Part shown: piece by piece, positions 1 to 13,913 of the stretch
How positions within the stretch are numbered: position 1 is the first letter of the stretch
How the letters are laid out: each line of letters begins with the position of its first letter
The notes under the pieces: model-generated
The model's database searches: none
What the model saw: only the letters and a program-made list of their open reading frames with translations
What the model was told of the DNA's origin: nothing
Source: Heptranchias perlo
Taxonomy: Eukaryota
DNA: 64,000 bases
Direction of reading: 5' to 3'
Assembly: GCF_035084215.1 (NCBI RefSeq)
Contig: NC_090341.1
Location: forward strand, 15,686,001 to 15,750,000
Translations under genes and position numbers: made by a program

Positions 1-214
1 GAAAGCACAAACAGGCTGCCAACATTCAATTTACAGACAGAAACAGCCACTTGGTCAATGTACTGGAGAGCAGTTAGTGCTTGTGGAACTACACCCCAGC
101 TAGAGTCAGCTCCTTCAGGAGTAGAGAGGATAAAATTATATTGTGTATTCTTGTAGTATAGGATTATTACAGTTATGAAGCTACAGCTGGCATGATTGCT
201 ATAAATTTGATTCT

Positions 215-910
215 GCACTGAGGGATCTGGAGGTGCAGATAGACAAAAATCACAGAGTAGCAACACAGGCCATTAAAAAAGCAAACCAAGCACTGGGGTT
301 TATTTTTAGAGGGATCAAATTGAAAAGCAGAGAAGTTTGTTAAACTTGTATGGAATCTTGGTTAAATCACACTTGGAGTACTGCAAACAGTTCTGGTCTC
401 CATATTATAAAAAGGATATAGAGGCACTGGAGAAGGTGCAAAAAAGATTTATTAAGATGATACCAGAATTTAGAGGTTATACCTATCAGGAAAGATTGAA
501 CAGGCTGGGGCTGTTTTCTCTAGAAAAAAGACTGAGGGGTGACCTGATACAGCTCTTTAAGGTAATGAAAGGGTTTGATGTGGAAACATCTTTATATCTA
601 CCCTTTGCAGGGGAGACCAGAACTAAGGGCCATAAATAAAAGATAAATAAATAGTCACTAATAAATCAAATAGGTAATTCAGGAGAAACTTCTTTACCCA
701 GTAGTTAGAATGTGGAACCTGCTACCACAAGGAGTAGTACAGGAGACTAGCATAGATGCATTTAAAGGGAAGCAAGATAAACACGAGGGAGGAGAAGAAG
801 AAGGAATAGAAAAATATGCTGATAGGGTTAGATGAAGTAAGGAGGGAGCAAACACAGTCATGGACCCGTTGGGCCAAATGGCCTGTTTCTGTGCTGTACG
901 TTCTATGTAA
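215..910 (+). mobile_element. CR1-type LINE 3' fragment
   Basis: ORF 337-639 HLEYCKQFWSPYYKKDIEALEKVQKR...[16 protein letters not shown] is a CR1 ORF2 C-terminus, followed by the GGCCTGTTTCTGTGCTGT..TTCTATG tail. Confidence 0.85.
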
Positions 911-1409
911 TTACAAACTAAAAAACTAACAAGACCAGTTGGCCCAGGGAGATTCATTCCCCTGGGGCTGTCAGGAGTCTAACAGTTAAAGTTTATATAG
1001 CAGGATCAGAAAGGGAATACTAATATTAGCTGTCTATATATATATATATGTACTGTATGTGTATGACATTTGAGTATTGCTGAGGGAGCAAGATAAAGCC
1101 AAGCAGCGAACACTAATCTTCTAAAAACAAATGCCACAATACATTGTATATTTTCTATCTGACCAACTGAAAAATTACAGTAGGGGAAGCTAGATAATTT
1201 ATCATAAGGTTTAAACCTTCATTGCCGTCTACCACCGGCGGAACCAGCTCTTAAATCGCCATGGTGCTTGGAACGAGCTGCACATCTGAGCTCCCATCAA
1301 AAATGTCTTCTCTTCCGAGATGGAACTAGAGCAGAAGTTTAGCATCCAAGGCCCATCTGCTGGGCGAGGAGCCGCACCCCGGGCCTAAAGTGCGTTTACT
1401 CCTCCTTAC

Positions 1410-1445
1410 CATATGGGTAGGAAACGACTTCAGGTAGGAAAGCAT
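1410..1445 (-). CDS. SPCS1: Signal peptidase complex subunit 1, coding exon 1 (gene continues off the left edge)
   Basis: Minus strand reads ATG CTT TCC TAC CTG AAG TCG TTT CCT ACC CAT ATG|GTAAG = MLSYLKSFPTHM, matching the human N-terminus MLEHLSSLPTQM. Lies head-to-head with GLT8D1 as in human. Confidence 0.85.
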
Positions 1446-1850
1446 CTTAACCGCTGCTGCTCGCTGCACCCCTTTCCCAGCTTCGTTCCTCTTTCACTTC
1501 GTTATTCGCTTCTCACTCACAACTTGGGATTCCAGGAGCTTCGCCTCTGCCGCCTTAAGGATACGTAATCACTTACCGCAAGCCCCCTCTCCCTAGCAAC
1601 CAACCAGCCTGCCTGAAAAATGCCGGCACAGAATCGCATTGAGAGGGAGAGGGGATGAAAATATAATAATCAGCAATTCCTCGCCTATCATAAATCTGGA
1701 GTGATACTTCGCCGTAATTGGTGTGTTTTTTAGAAGCTATGAACGATTCAGGCAGTGGGCTGGACGTCTAGAATAGGAAAGGACAGCCTGCTCTGTTGTG
1801 TTGAGTTGGCAGTTGTTAACTTAAACTTCGCGGTTATGGGAGTTATATAG
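1446..1850. promoter_or_regulatory. Putative bidirectional promoter / 5' UTR region of SPCS1 and GLT8D1
   Basis: CpG-enriched segment upstream of the SPCS1 ATG. A + strand donor (ATAG|GTAAAG at 1851) could end a non-coding GLT8D1 first exon. Inferred from gene geometry. Confidence 0.5.
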
Positions 1851-3428
1851 GTAAAGGTTCTCAGCACTTCCTCTTGTTTAAAGTGTTTGCTATTAGTATT
1901 AGACTTTATTGCCGCTGAGTTTGATTTCTGTCTAATCTCGTTCTTTTGCAGCCACTAATTTTCACCTAGTGGACATTTTCCCACTTTAAATTAAGTGTAA
2001 ACGTGTGCAGTCGCGCACTTTACTTAAGGTACTCAGTTTATGTATGTTTTCCTCCCAAAATAACTAGAATTTTAAAATGACTTCTTCCATTGATCTAAAT
2101 TGATTTAAATATTGCCTTTGTGAGGAAAGCATATTTTAAAACCTAGTGCTGCGATAGCAGGCGAGTAAACGCAGTTTGAGCATTGGGTTTGTGCTGTCAC
2201 TAAGAGCGTGTAAATGAAATCTGACCTTTCAACTTGTAATGTGTTTAAAATAATTACATTGGGTTTTCAGTTTGTATCACAAAGGTCTTTATGCAGCCAA
2301 AATGTCACTTTTGGCGATATGCTAATATGAGCTATGCAGGTTAATTTGGCATTCATTGGTATGGGGCAGGAAGGGGTGTGAACATTGAGCGAGTTTCTTT
2401 TGTTATGTCGTGGAGTGCTTGTTTAGTTAAAAAATGACTACTTGCACTCCAGTTCCGCAGGAAAGTTTGAATGTTTTTTCCTGTAAACATGTGGATTATT
2501 GTTGTATCCTACTACAATGTAGCAAATAATATGGGAATAGATTGGCAACATGACATTCAACTGTTCAAAGCATGCTGAGAGCGAGACTGTGTTAGTGTAT
2601 ATGTTTTTATATATATGTTGTCCCGTCCTATTGTTTTTGAATAGATGCGTATATAGCTGTGTATGTGTGTGTGTGTGTGTGTACATATATATTAAAATCG
2701 TCTGTAGTGTGCTATTGTGTACCCACACCATTTCGCTACAGAAAGAGACTATATGCCATTGGTATGGCTTAAAAAACCTTGGTACTTCTCAGGGGCAGCA
2801 TCTCTGTTTTTGCCAATAAGTTTATAAATAGCTGAGGCAGACAGAATTACTGTGATTGTTGCATAAAATGGCATGATGGGATTGCCTAGTAATTTGGGAT
2901 TCTGAATCCAAAATGCTACTCATGGTAGTGTTGAGAGACAATAGGTTCAAAAAAAATTTGATTTTGAAGATAAAACTTACTTGTCTGAACAGTCTGTACT
3001 AGAAAGAAGAACAAGTTATCTGTTCTGTCCATATGAAATGTTTAAGAATTAGCTTTGCTGGGGATTGGCTAATCTCAAAAATATAGTTTGTAAGACCATC
3101 TAGTTGAAGATAGCAGCCAATTAATTCTTATTTCCCATATTTGATTGTTTGTGTCCTACAACATCATAACCTATGAAGGTTCTGGATATGTGCCTAAGAT
3201 GGAATAGCAATTGCAGTAAGTCAAATAACCAGACAAACGAAGGGGGTGAGAGATCAAATTGTAATCTCTGAATGGAAATGAGATTGCTTCAATAGTTGTT
3301 AAGTAGTTTTGTTTTCAAATGAAAATGTGGACTAGGTGCTCAGACTTGCAGATGAAAATTATGAAAAAATATATGCTTCATTCTCCAGATCTGAAGACTC
3401 TGAACTACAGTTGTAGCAAAACATCAAA

Positions 3429-6400
3429 ATGTCAATCAGAAAAGGTAAGCAAGAGTCACTGCTACTAAATATATAAACAAACTTTTATAAAAAGGTGATT
3501 TGGACTCCCCCAGCCTAGTGAGTAAACACATCAAATGGTGCATTAACGTACATCTGTACAGATAGAAAATTCCCATATTCTTATGTTCACTGCCTGGTCT
3601 GTGATGAGTTAGTCATCATACTGCGAGGGTGTTATAATTGAGTTGAACACCCCTCTGCAATGGTGAGGCATTATTGGATAGGGCTCCTACTCCTGGTCAT
3701 TGCCCAGTCATCTTTGCTGGAAAGTCAGCACGTCGGAATGTCAGGGAAAGTCGGATTAAGTTTGGCTACAATTATGTCAGTTTAAAAGCCTGTTCACACT
3801 CACTATCTAGACTCACACATGAAGAATGGTCACTGATGTGAGATGCTGGGGAGCTGCTGGTACCCATGGGACTATACCTCAGCGCGAGTCCTGTAGAAGC
3901 AAAGGGGAAATTGGTGGAGGTGAAAGATGAAATAAGTGAAATTTAGATTTGTTCTTTTAATTCTTTTTTCTTTTCCAGTTCATATCCTGGTAATCCTGCT
4001 TGTTGCAATAGTGTTTTTGATAGTTGTGCACCATAATCTAATTAATGTGCATGACCTTTTGAGCAAGGAAAATTCAGGTATGTAACAACATTTAATGATA
4101 TTCTGTGTTCCAGCTCGTTCACAGCACTAAGTCTTGTATGTGTCAGCATTTCATTTATAACACTACTAGAATAACTATCTTATATCATTGGAGTTGTGCT
4201 TTTTAGAGTTCTGCCACATTGCATTCTTACCTCAAAAATATACGTGCCGTTTATGAAAACAATTTACTAACTCGGGAGGTAATGCTTTAAACTTCTTTCA
4301 TTTCATTCACTTAGTTGTATAAGCACCTAATGTAATCTGATCAGTGTAATTTGACGAGCATATCTAATAATGGTAGAAACATTCTAGAGGTGGTGATGTC
4401 TCTTCTATGATCTTGTAACCACTAAACCACCAGTATCTTCTGCGATCTTGTAACCACCACTCACTTATTTTGTAGGCTTATCATGTGAGAAAGCATTTAT
4501 TTAAACTGTCAATAGTTAAAATACCCATTAGTTAATTTTAACTGTTGTAAAATGGTAGCACATCCTGGTTTTAGATTTTAATATCTTTTACACTGTGACA
4601 AATTGTTAGTGTTCCGTTAATGAGCTTTCGTTCATATTAGATTTTTTTCAACCAATACAAGTACTGGCTGCCCAGCTAATACAACAAAGAGAAAATATGT
4701 TTGTAATGTTTGATTATTACAGGAATATTATTACTTATTTGTCAAACATGATTTGAATGATCAGATCTAACCTACATAAAGTGCTCTGTTTGATTTGATA
4801 ACTTCATTAATAGGTTATTTCATTTTAAATCAACAGAAAATTAAAACCATGAATAAGTACAATCAAATGTACACGGGATATATTATTGAATTCCTGGTTT
4901 TTTTAAAGGGATATAACTGACTGGATTCTGTTTTTTAAATATCCAATTATTGTAGGGGTCACAGTCTAGTCACTGAGAGACTAGGAGAATCCCTTTTTGA
5001 TCCCTGTCAGCTAGCTTTAAAGAAGTTTAAAGCATTACCTCCCCAGTTAGTAAATTGTCCCATCCTATTGTTCATGCTTCACTTCGTAGAATCAAGATAT
5101 GATGGAGTACAGCCAGGTGACTTTCAGAGGATTACAGCAGAGAGAACTGGTGAAGAGATTCCAATTCTAATCCCAGCTGTAGAAGAGCGACTCGGAGGTG
5201 TAATAGCAGCTATGAACAGTATATATAGAAACACCAGGTCAAATGTGGTCTTTTATATAGTTACTACGAATGACACAGTTGGTCATTTAAGGTAAACTTG
5301 TGTTTATTGTTAATCTTTGCAAAAAAATTTCAAACCTTGTTTATGTTCTGTACTTTGTTTAATATGAGACCAGAATTAAACAATTGTAATTAATCTTTCT
5401 ATTTGGTTTAAGACCCTGGCTTCAGAAGCAAGAACTGATGGGTATCAAGTATAAAATTCTTGAATTTGATCCTCATATTTTGAAAGGCAAAGTCCAAGTT
5501 GAGGGTGACTCAACAGATGTAAAGCCAGTGAGTAACTATTTTGTATGTGTGTATGTATATATTAAATATAGAATCAAATAACACAGAAGGAGGTCATTCA
5601 GCCCATAGTGCCTGTGCCGGCTCTTTGAAATTAGTCCCACTCTTTTCCTGTGGCCCTGCAAATGTTTCCTGAAAGTTACTATTGAATCTGCTTCTACCAC
5701 CCTACAGACAGTGCATTCCAGATCATAACAACTCGCTGCGTTTATTTATTAAAAAAATTCTCCTCATCTCCCCTCTGGTTCTTTTTGCTAGTTACCTTAA
5801 ATCTGTGTCCCCCAACCCTCCTGCCAGTGGAAACTATTTCTCCTTATTTACTGTAGCAAAACCCTTCATAATTTTGAACACCTCCATTAAATCTCCCCTT
5901 AAGGAGATTCTAAGGAGAACAATCCCAGCTTCTCTAGTCCCTCCACAAAACTGAAGTCCCTCATCTTCATACCATTCTAGTAAATCTCCTCTGCACCCTC
6001 TCCCAAGGCCTTGACTTCCTTCCTAAAGTGTGGTGCCCAGAACTGGACATAATATTCCATCTCAGAACTAATCAGTGATTTATAAAGGTTTAGCATAACT
6101 TCCTTGCTTTTGTACTCTTCCTCTATTTATAAAGCCCAGGATCCCGTATGCTTTTTGGACAGCCTTATTAACTTGTCCTGCCACCTTCAAAGATTTGTGT
6201 ATGTCAGTTTATCTTTGCTTTTTTAATTCACAATATCAAAATGTAGAATTGCAATTGCTAATGTTTTTAAAAAAAATTGTAAGGAAGACCAAAAATTTAC
6301 AACTTTGAAAGAGGTTACAATATTTGAATTCCATTGTGCCACTTATCTTCATGTTTGGAATTCAAATAACCTCCTTCCAAGTTGTGATGTTTTGATCTGC

Positions 6401-9400
6401 CAGAATTAACACTATAGATTTGATTATTTTTAGGGCCATTGATCTTCACTGTCTTTATCAATGAGCTGGTTTACGACACAGGGAAAGCCGTCTGCAAGTT
6501 TGTGTGGATATTGGGACCTTAGATAAGAAAAATAAATTATAGGCAGATCTAGATGCAATGGGGAAATTGGCCTGCATCTGGCAGATGCTGAATGGGATTT
6601 TGATGAACGTCAGAATGAGAGAAATAATCCTGCAGGGTAACAGCTGTTAAAAGCTGCATATACAGTGTTCTCATAAATTCAGGTTCGTCCCTAATCAAAA
6701 TATTCTATTAATATGAAATAAAAATAAGGATGAAGCATCCTTTACCAACACACTAAACCTTTCTGCTTTGCAGGAAGATTTAACTAATACCTGTACATGC
6801 TGAAGGAAATTTGGCTCCAAATGGCAATTGGATTCAAGCCAGACTGATATACTGCCTCATTCACTTAACTTGCCTCTAGCCCAGCAGTGCACCTGAAAGC
6901 AAGAAGCTTTTTTTAAAATCAGATTTCAACACATGCCTCAGTCTGAGGCAAAGGTGTGTCACAAGAACATCGATTGAATTAAATTGGGGTAAACTAGGAG
7001 TTATAGGAAGCCATTTAAAACCTGTTACTCTGACCTGTCAGTTAGAAAACTGGTAATAAGTAGCTACTATACATGATCAACAGTAATCTGCCATATTTGA
7101 ATGGTGTCACCATCCACTGATCGTGCGCCTCATTAAGGCAGTGAGTAGCTGAGTGGAGATATGAGAATGGATGAATATTATTTGCTTTGCTTGATTGGGG
7201 AATCAGTGAATTTTTATGCAGAACTTTCAGAACTCATCAGTTATCACTGTCAATTTTCTCCTCCCCTCTCCTAAAAGACTTAATTCCTTGCTGAGGTACA
7301 GCTCCACAGGTACTGAGCACCCAACCCAAATGGCCATTATTCTTGTGCTAAGCTAATGGATCGCAGGTGTTATCATAGTTGAGCCTGATCCTGTTCTGAT
7401 CCGATAGCCAAACAAATGCACTTTCTGCAGGAATTGTTCAATAACAGTCAGGAGTGGGAAGTGCAGATATTTTCCCTTCCCTAACCCAAAGGCAGAGCTC
7501 AATAGTAGATCTATACTGCCACGCTGGCTGAGATCAGCCAACTCGGTACAAACCAGGGATCAAACCTGGGACTGACTACATCACCCATTTAATCTTCTAA
7601 AGGAAAGTTTTATACATAAGAATTCACTGATTCACAAAGGCAATCCAGCAAAGCAAACACCATCCATCCATTCTCACTGCTCTACAATTCAACCCTTGTT
7701 TGCACTCTGTCAACCTCTCAACTCCAGTGTGAAACAATGGAGCATTAATGACTGTAGAACGCATCTACAGAATAAGCCACATCGTATGGATATTGAACCC
7801 GATGAGCATCAGGAGCCTCTAAACCTGGCAATGCCTCACTCGCTTACACACTGGTACTAGTCATTCTAAAAAAGGATTGGGGTTATAATGACAGTAACTC
7901 AGTGATGTGTAACTGTGCTGATGAGCTGCAAATGATGGACCCATCTGCTCCGCTGCCAACTCTTATCTGAATCCTGTAATGGTACCGACATTGCCAAATA
8001 CAATGATAATACCCAAGCATATGTAACCTTGTGGAAGGGAAGAGTGTGAAGATATGATACGACGATCCCTTGCTTGCTGTCCTCCAGACAATATTCCCTC
8101 GTCCCCACAGTGCAGGAATCATTGTATTCCTTTGGGTATTTGATTCTCTTGGCCTATACTGATCCCTATAACCACCAGTCCTATTCTCAAATAGCTATTT
8201 GTTCACCCCCTTTTTAAAAGAATTAGTCAGCTTGGCCTGTACTACTTTTGATGAGTGTTGTTTTACATCTGCATTACTCTATGTGGTGGGGGGGGGGCGG
8301 GTGGTTTCTGCCAACCGCTAGTCTCGCTTGATGTTAATTTTAAACCTGTGATGTCTAGTTGTGTACTTACAGTCCAAGTCAAATAGCCTGCAACTGTCGA
8401 GATCATCTATGCCTCAACATTTTGTGGGCCAGTTGTGTTACCACTTTTGTATCAATGTGAAACAGTTTTGCATGCACGTGAACTCGCGACCAGAAGTATG
8501 ACTTGGGAGCCTGATTTTTGAACTGACTACAGACTGCAGAAGGCAAGAGATGTGAGGTGCCTCCAGGTTGATTTTGCGTTTCTCAGGTTTCATGTTAATA
8601 GGGATCGGACTCCTCTCTCCTAACATTTGAATTTAATTGGCATGCAGAAGTAGACATAAACTGGGCAGAGGCAGCACAGCAACCAGCAGTGTAACTCCAG
8701 CATGCTGGCACTGTTGTCACTCCATATGGATACCAGTCTTAGAATGGCACCAGTAATATAACTGGCCCTTTGAAGATCTGGTTCATGTTTCCCCACCCAT
8801 TTTTTTTCCCACATCTTCCACCTCAATATCTTGATGAGCAAGGTAACGAATTCTGCATATAATCAGTACAAACATAAGAAATACGAATTACTAAGATAAG
8901 ATTATCTCTATAATTTCTGACAGAAGATTAACTGTAAAAGATAGCATTTCATCATGTACTCAAAATAAATGCTTGCTGCTACACCATTTTGGTAAACTTA
9001 GATCTTTTTACTAATGGGATTAGAATATTAAAGCTCGCATCTTGATTAGTTATCATTGTTTTTTAGTTGACTTTTGCAAGGTTTTACCTACCTATGTTGA
9101 TTTCTGGGACAGAGAAAGCCATTTACCTGGATGATGATGTGATTGTGCAAGGTAATCTTTTGCTCTGCTTCTATTTTAAACATCTGAACTTAGCTCAAAA
9201 ATGTGAACATACAGAGCATCGAGTAGAGGAATTACATTTTTTTAAATGATTTTAGTGAATTGGCTTATGATGTGCACTGGATTTCTGGTTTTAAAATGTT
9301 GCAAACGGTTTTAATTTTCAGCCATTACATTTACTTATTTAAGGCAGCTGAATTTATACCAGCTGCATTTCCACCAATTTCATCAATTTATGGTGGTAAT

Positions 9401-12400
9401 TAGCAAAAGTTAATTCTTAATAATAAATCATTAGGACAGTCCTATGTCTGTAAATGAAAACATCTATGTTTGCTTATATAGATGACACAGCATTCCACAA
9501 TTAATTCATTGCATGAAGCACTTTGAGACATTTCAACCTAATAAAGCACTATATAAATGTAAGTTTTACTTACTATTTTTCTCTTGCACTGGGTGCATTA
9601 GGAGACATCCGTGAACTTTATGACACTGAACTGAAGCCAGGTCATGCTGCAGCATTTTCTGAAGATTGTGATTCTGTATCTTCCAAGGTGATGGTTAAAG
9701 GTGCTGGAAGTCAGGTATTTATTGTCCAGTACAGATTTTGCTATTGGGAAAATTGACCAGTCAGTTATATGATCTGTGATACATTGAAGACCACTGCAGT
9801 ATATAAAGAATTATGTTCTTTCACTGTTTTGATCTGGTTTTGAATACAACCTGGACAGAAGAAATGAAGGTCAGATATTCACTATGAAAAGGTACAATGA
9901 AATGGTGTGGGACAATGAGCTTGATTGTTCTCAATCCAGTAAATTAGTACCTGCTGGAAAAACACCCTAATATTCTGCCCACTCCCAACCAATCTAAAAG
10001 TGGCCCCATAACTTGAAAAAACAGGGTAGGTTCATGTTAGGCATACAAATGAGGTTCCTTCAAAACTGTAGTTGCTTAAGATAGTGAGAGTGAGTTGCTG
10101 AGCCATAAAAACCAGGAAGCTCGCAGGTTTAATCCTTAGTCTTTAAGTTATTCGCTGTTAGCTAGGACTAAGATAGGGGCAGTACATTGATCTCAGGCTA
10201 CTAAGTTAGGGAGGGGAAAATCAGCCATAGTACTTGCTCCTGACTGCCATCAAGTAATCTCTGCTGGAAGCGTGCAAATGTGCACTTTGGGTGAAGAAAG
10301 GATTGCATGATAGCATGCTGACAGTTGGCATGATTTTTACCTGGAGCCAGGAACTCAGCAGGTGGGTAGATAATCGTGTGGGAAACCAGGACGTAAAGTG
10401 AACATGTCTGAATCTGCAATCGCAACTAAACTGAATTTTGCTTCCGGGTTTCGCATCTCCAAGCTGTACAGCGGGCGTACTGCACACCTGCATGACTCAA
10501 TCAGAAGTCCACTATTTAAAGGGCTAATGCAAAAATCGATTTTTGGAGGAGAAAGGAGGAAGTGAAGCGATTGATGTACATAGAGGAAAGGCAGCACCCA
10601 GGTTCTCTGAGTACTGCTGGGTGCTATGAGAAGCAGGAGGGAGGTCATCTACCCAAGTGATCGGAGGAAGAAACCTGCTTCTGCCACCTAGAAGGCATGG
10701 TAGAGGAGGTCAGCTGCAGGAGCACGGTGCCTAGGTCTTGGCTGACGCACAGGAAGCGTTTTAATGACCTAACCAGGTCAGGAAAAGTGAGTACATTTGC
10801 TGATTCACCCACATCCTATGTTGTGCAAGACCTCCCCCCCCCCCCCCCCCCCCCACACTCATCTATGTTAGCATGCCTACTCCATCACATCACTCCTCAC
10901 ACCCACATAAGTTTCAGCATCAACCATCCTTCACTTTCTGTGAACGTCCTCATTTATGCACCCACCACTGCCACTTACCCCAATCCTGATGCATCTGTCT
11001 GATAGTCACCCTCTGATGCATCTGTTTCATTGTCAGCCTCACCCAAAGCAGGGCATCCATCGGGTGAATACGTCACCTTAAGTCACTCTCAGATCTTTTC
11101 TTTCTCCACTTTGTAGGAGAAGAGAGTGCAAAATCCAAGGGAGAGGACAAGGACTGGAGGTGGTCCCCCACAACTAGACCAGCTCACAGACGCGGAGGTG
11201 GACGCCATGGAGATAAGTCGGACCGTTGCATGCCTATCCATCAAAGCTGGAGAGACTGGTAACCCACAGATGGCTGGTGACAGAACATTAATACCTTTCA
11301 CACATGTGATAAATTGATCTCATCAATGATTGAACCGTTCCAGGCCTCAATATGGTCACTGGAAAGATTGTCACTTTTCCGATAAATAATGAATATTGGC
11401 TTCTGTTGTCCTCCCGGACCTTCACGCCTTTAAGAGGAAAGTGCCGAAATGGAAGAAAGCCATTCCACAGAGGATCTCATTCCTTCTGAGAATGCACCAT
11501 CACAGCACATACAGCCGTGCACCAGCGCAGATACTGACACGCTGGTGGATCATGTTAGACAGCTAATTGGGTTGTCACCTAGTGATTCACCACTCAAGTG
11601 TGCACGAGCAGACACTGGTGGCAGGGGCAGCTGTGGAGAGTCCGCGTCGCGGGGCGCACTCCTCTCCAAACTCTGCTCAGCTGCACACAGATGCTGAACC
11701 CCAGGGGCCATCATTGAGAATGAGAATGATAGAGGTACAGCTGCACCTTTGCGAGGTACTGGAAAACGTGCCATGCACATGCTCCAGTGGATTGTTGCCG
11801 CAGGTAAGTGCGGGAATGTCAGCGATGGAGAGAGTGGCTGCCTCCGTTGAGCTTCAAGCACGGATCTTAAATGAGTTCTTGCAGGCCATGACAATGGCCA
11901 TGCAGTCTCTGGGTGCCCACGTGTTTACCACCTTAAACAGGCTGACGTATCTTATCTGTGGCCTTACAACGCAGCACTTCTGCTCACCAACCTGGTGTCC
12001 AGTAGAGTGGTGGGAGTGATGTTGCGCTGGCCAGGGAGAGGGATGACGGCGAAAGGGGACATGGAAATCCACTCAAAGTGCTTCCATGTCTCTCCCGTTG
12101 CCCCCACCTCAACCTGTACCCGCAATGCTGCTACCTCTCCCAATGGCCCAGTCCGCCCCTGCACAGGTTCAGGTGGAGAGTCTTGGCGGGGCCCTCATGG
12201 GCTCCAAAACCCAGAGATCGTAGGCCAAAAGCATCTCAGCAGTCAGGGCAGGTATCTGAGCACGTGTCACTACCTCTACTGATGCACCACGGAGAAGCAC
12301 TAGAAAGAGAAAGGCTAAGCAATTGTAGTTCATCAAGGGTATGCACAAGGGTGTGTGACGAGATGTCATGTTGTTCATTTATATAATTTGTTTGTTATTA

Positions 12401-13865
12401 AATGTAATCATTATCACCACTTGGCCATTATTGCATCGTGTGTGTGAAATCACCATTTCATTTGCTTGATCATAGATGCCAAGACGAGATGACACCCAAT
12501 GGGACGCTGTGCAATGGGTGTATGCGTGGTTGAAGGACTGTTTTCTGCAAAGGCAGGGAGAGGGCGGTTGGTGATTGTGGTTGTTCCAGGCAGCCTGAGT
12601 AGCTCAAAGTCTTCAATTTACACATCTCATTATGAAAACCTAAACGAGATGAGAGAATCCCTGCCATCACGGGCAGCAATGTGCACCACTGCTCTGGCCA
12701 TGGGTTCCCCATCTTCATTTTCCTCCACCACCACCTCCTCCTCCTCCACCTGTAACCCTCTCTGCTGCACTGTTATGCAGGACGCAGCGCACAACAGTTA
12801 TTCTGCACACCCTCGCTGGCAAGCACTGAAGGGCTCCCCCAGATCTATCCAGCTACCTGAAGCATATCTTCAACATTCCCATGGCTTGCTGAAAGACAGA
12901 CCTAGTGGTGATGTGGCTCTGGTTGTACCGCAGTTGTGTCTCATTGGTGGGGTTTCTCATAGGTGTCATGAGCCACGTCTGCAGGGAAGCCAGCCCTTAA
13001 GTCTTTCATTCTGTGTGAGACCAACATCCCGGACCTCTTTCACACAGAAGAATGAATCATGACAGCTGCCAGGGAATCTGGCACACACCTGCAGAAATCT
13101 CTTCCGATGGTCGCACACCAGCTGTACGTTGATGGAATGATATCCCTTTCGATTTATGATCTGTCCTGGCTCATGTGGAGGTCCTTGGATTGCAATGTGT
13201 GTGCAATCAATTGTGCCCTGCATCCTTCGGAAGCCAGCCAGAGTTGAAACTCACTGCCCTCTCAGTCTGGCTGATGTCATCGCGGGGGAAGTTCACATAG
13301 TCGGATGCCCTGGCAAACAAGCCATCCATCACCTGTCATATACACTTACGTGCAGACGACTGATACACCCTGGAGATGTCACCGGTGGCGCCTTGAAGGA
13401 TCCAGAGGCGAAGAAATTAAGGGCAGTGATGACTTTAACTGTGACAGGCAATGCCTGGCCACCAGATCCAGCTGGGAGCAGCTCTTCCTAAAGGAGACTG
13501 CAGATGTCTGCGACCATCTGCCGACTCAATCTCAGTCCCGCATACACACTGCTCCTCAGAGAGGTCCAGTAAGCTCAGCCTCTGCCTGGAGACCCTCGCG
13601 TGGGAAATGCCTCCTGAGACCTCAGCCTCTCTGTTGGTCCCCTCTCTGCTCTTCTCCAGGTCCTTGTTGAGCGCGCCTCTGTCTTGTATAACTGCAGATC
13701 CCAGAACTGCACGGATGGTGATGTTCCTCCTCCTCAGATGTACACTGGAATACATTCATTGCGCCCCCTCCCACCCCAATCCTGATCTTGTCAGTTTGAG
13801 GGGCTCCAAAATGTAGGTAAATTTGTCTGAACACAAGAATTCAGTGTGTCAACAAAGAAATCTCA

Positions 13866-13913
<48 letters not shown>

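Noticed and set aside
2438-2819. ORFs spanning TG/CA repeats (also 13823-14074 and 48781-48997)
   Set aside because: Low-complexity translations of microsatellites.
4401-4460. About 22-bp direct duplication TCTTCT..GATCTTGTAACCAC
   Set aside because: Ordinary local slippage duplication with no further structure.
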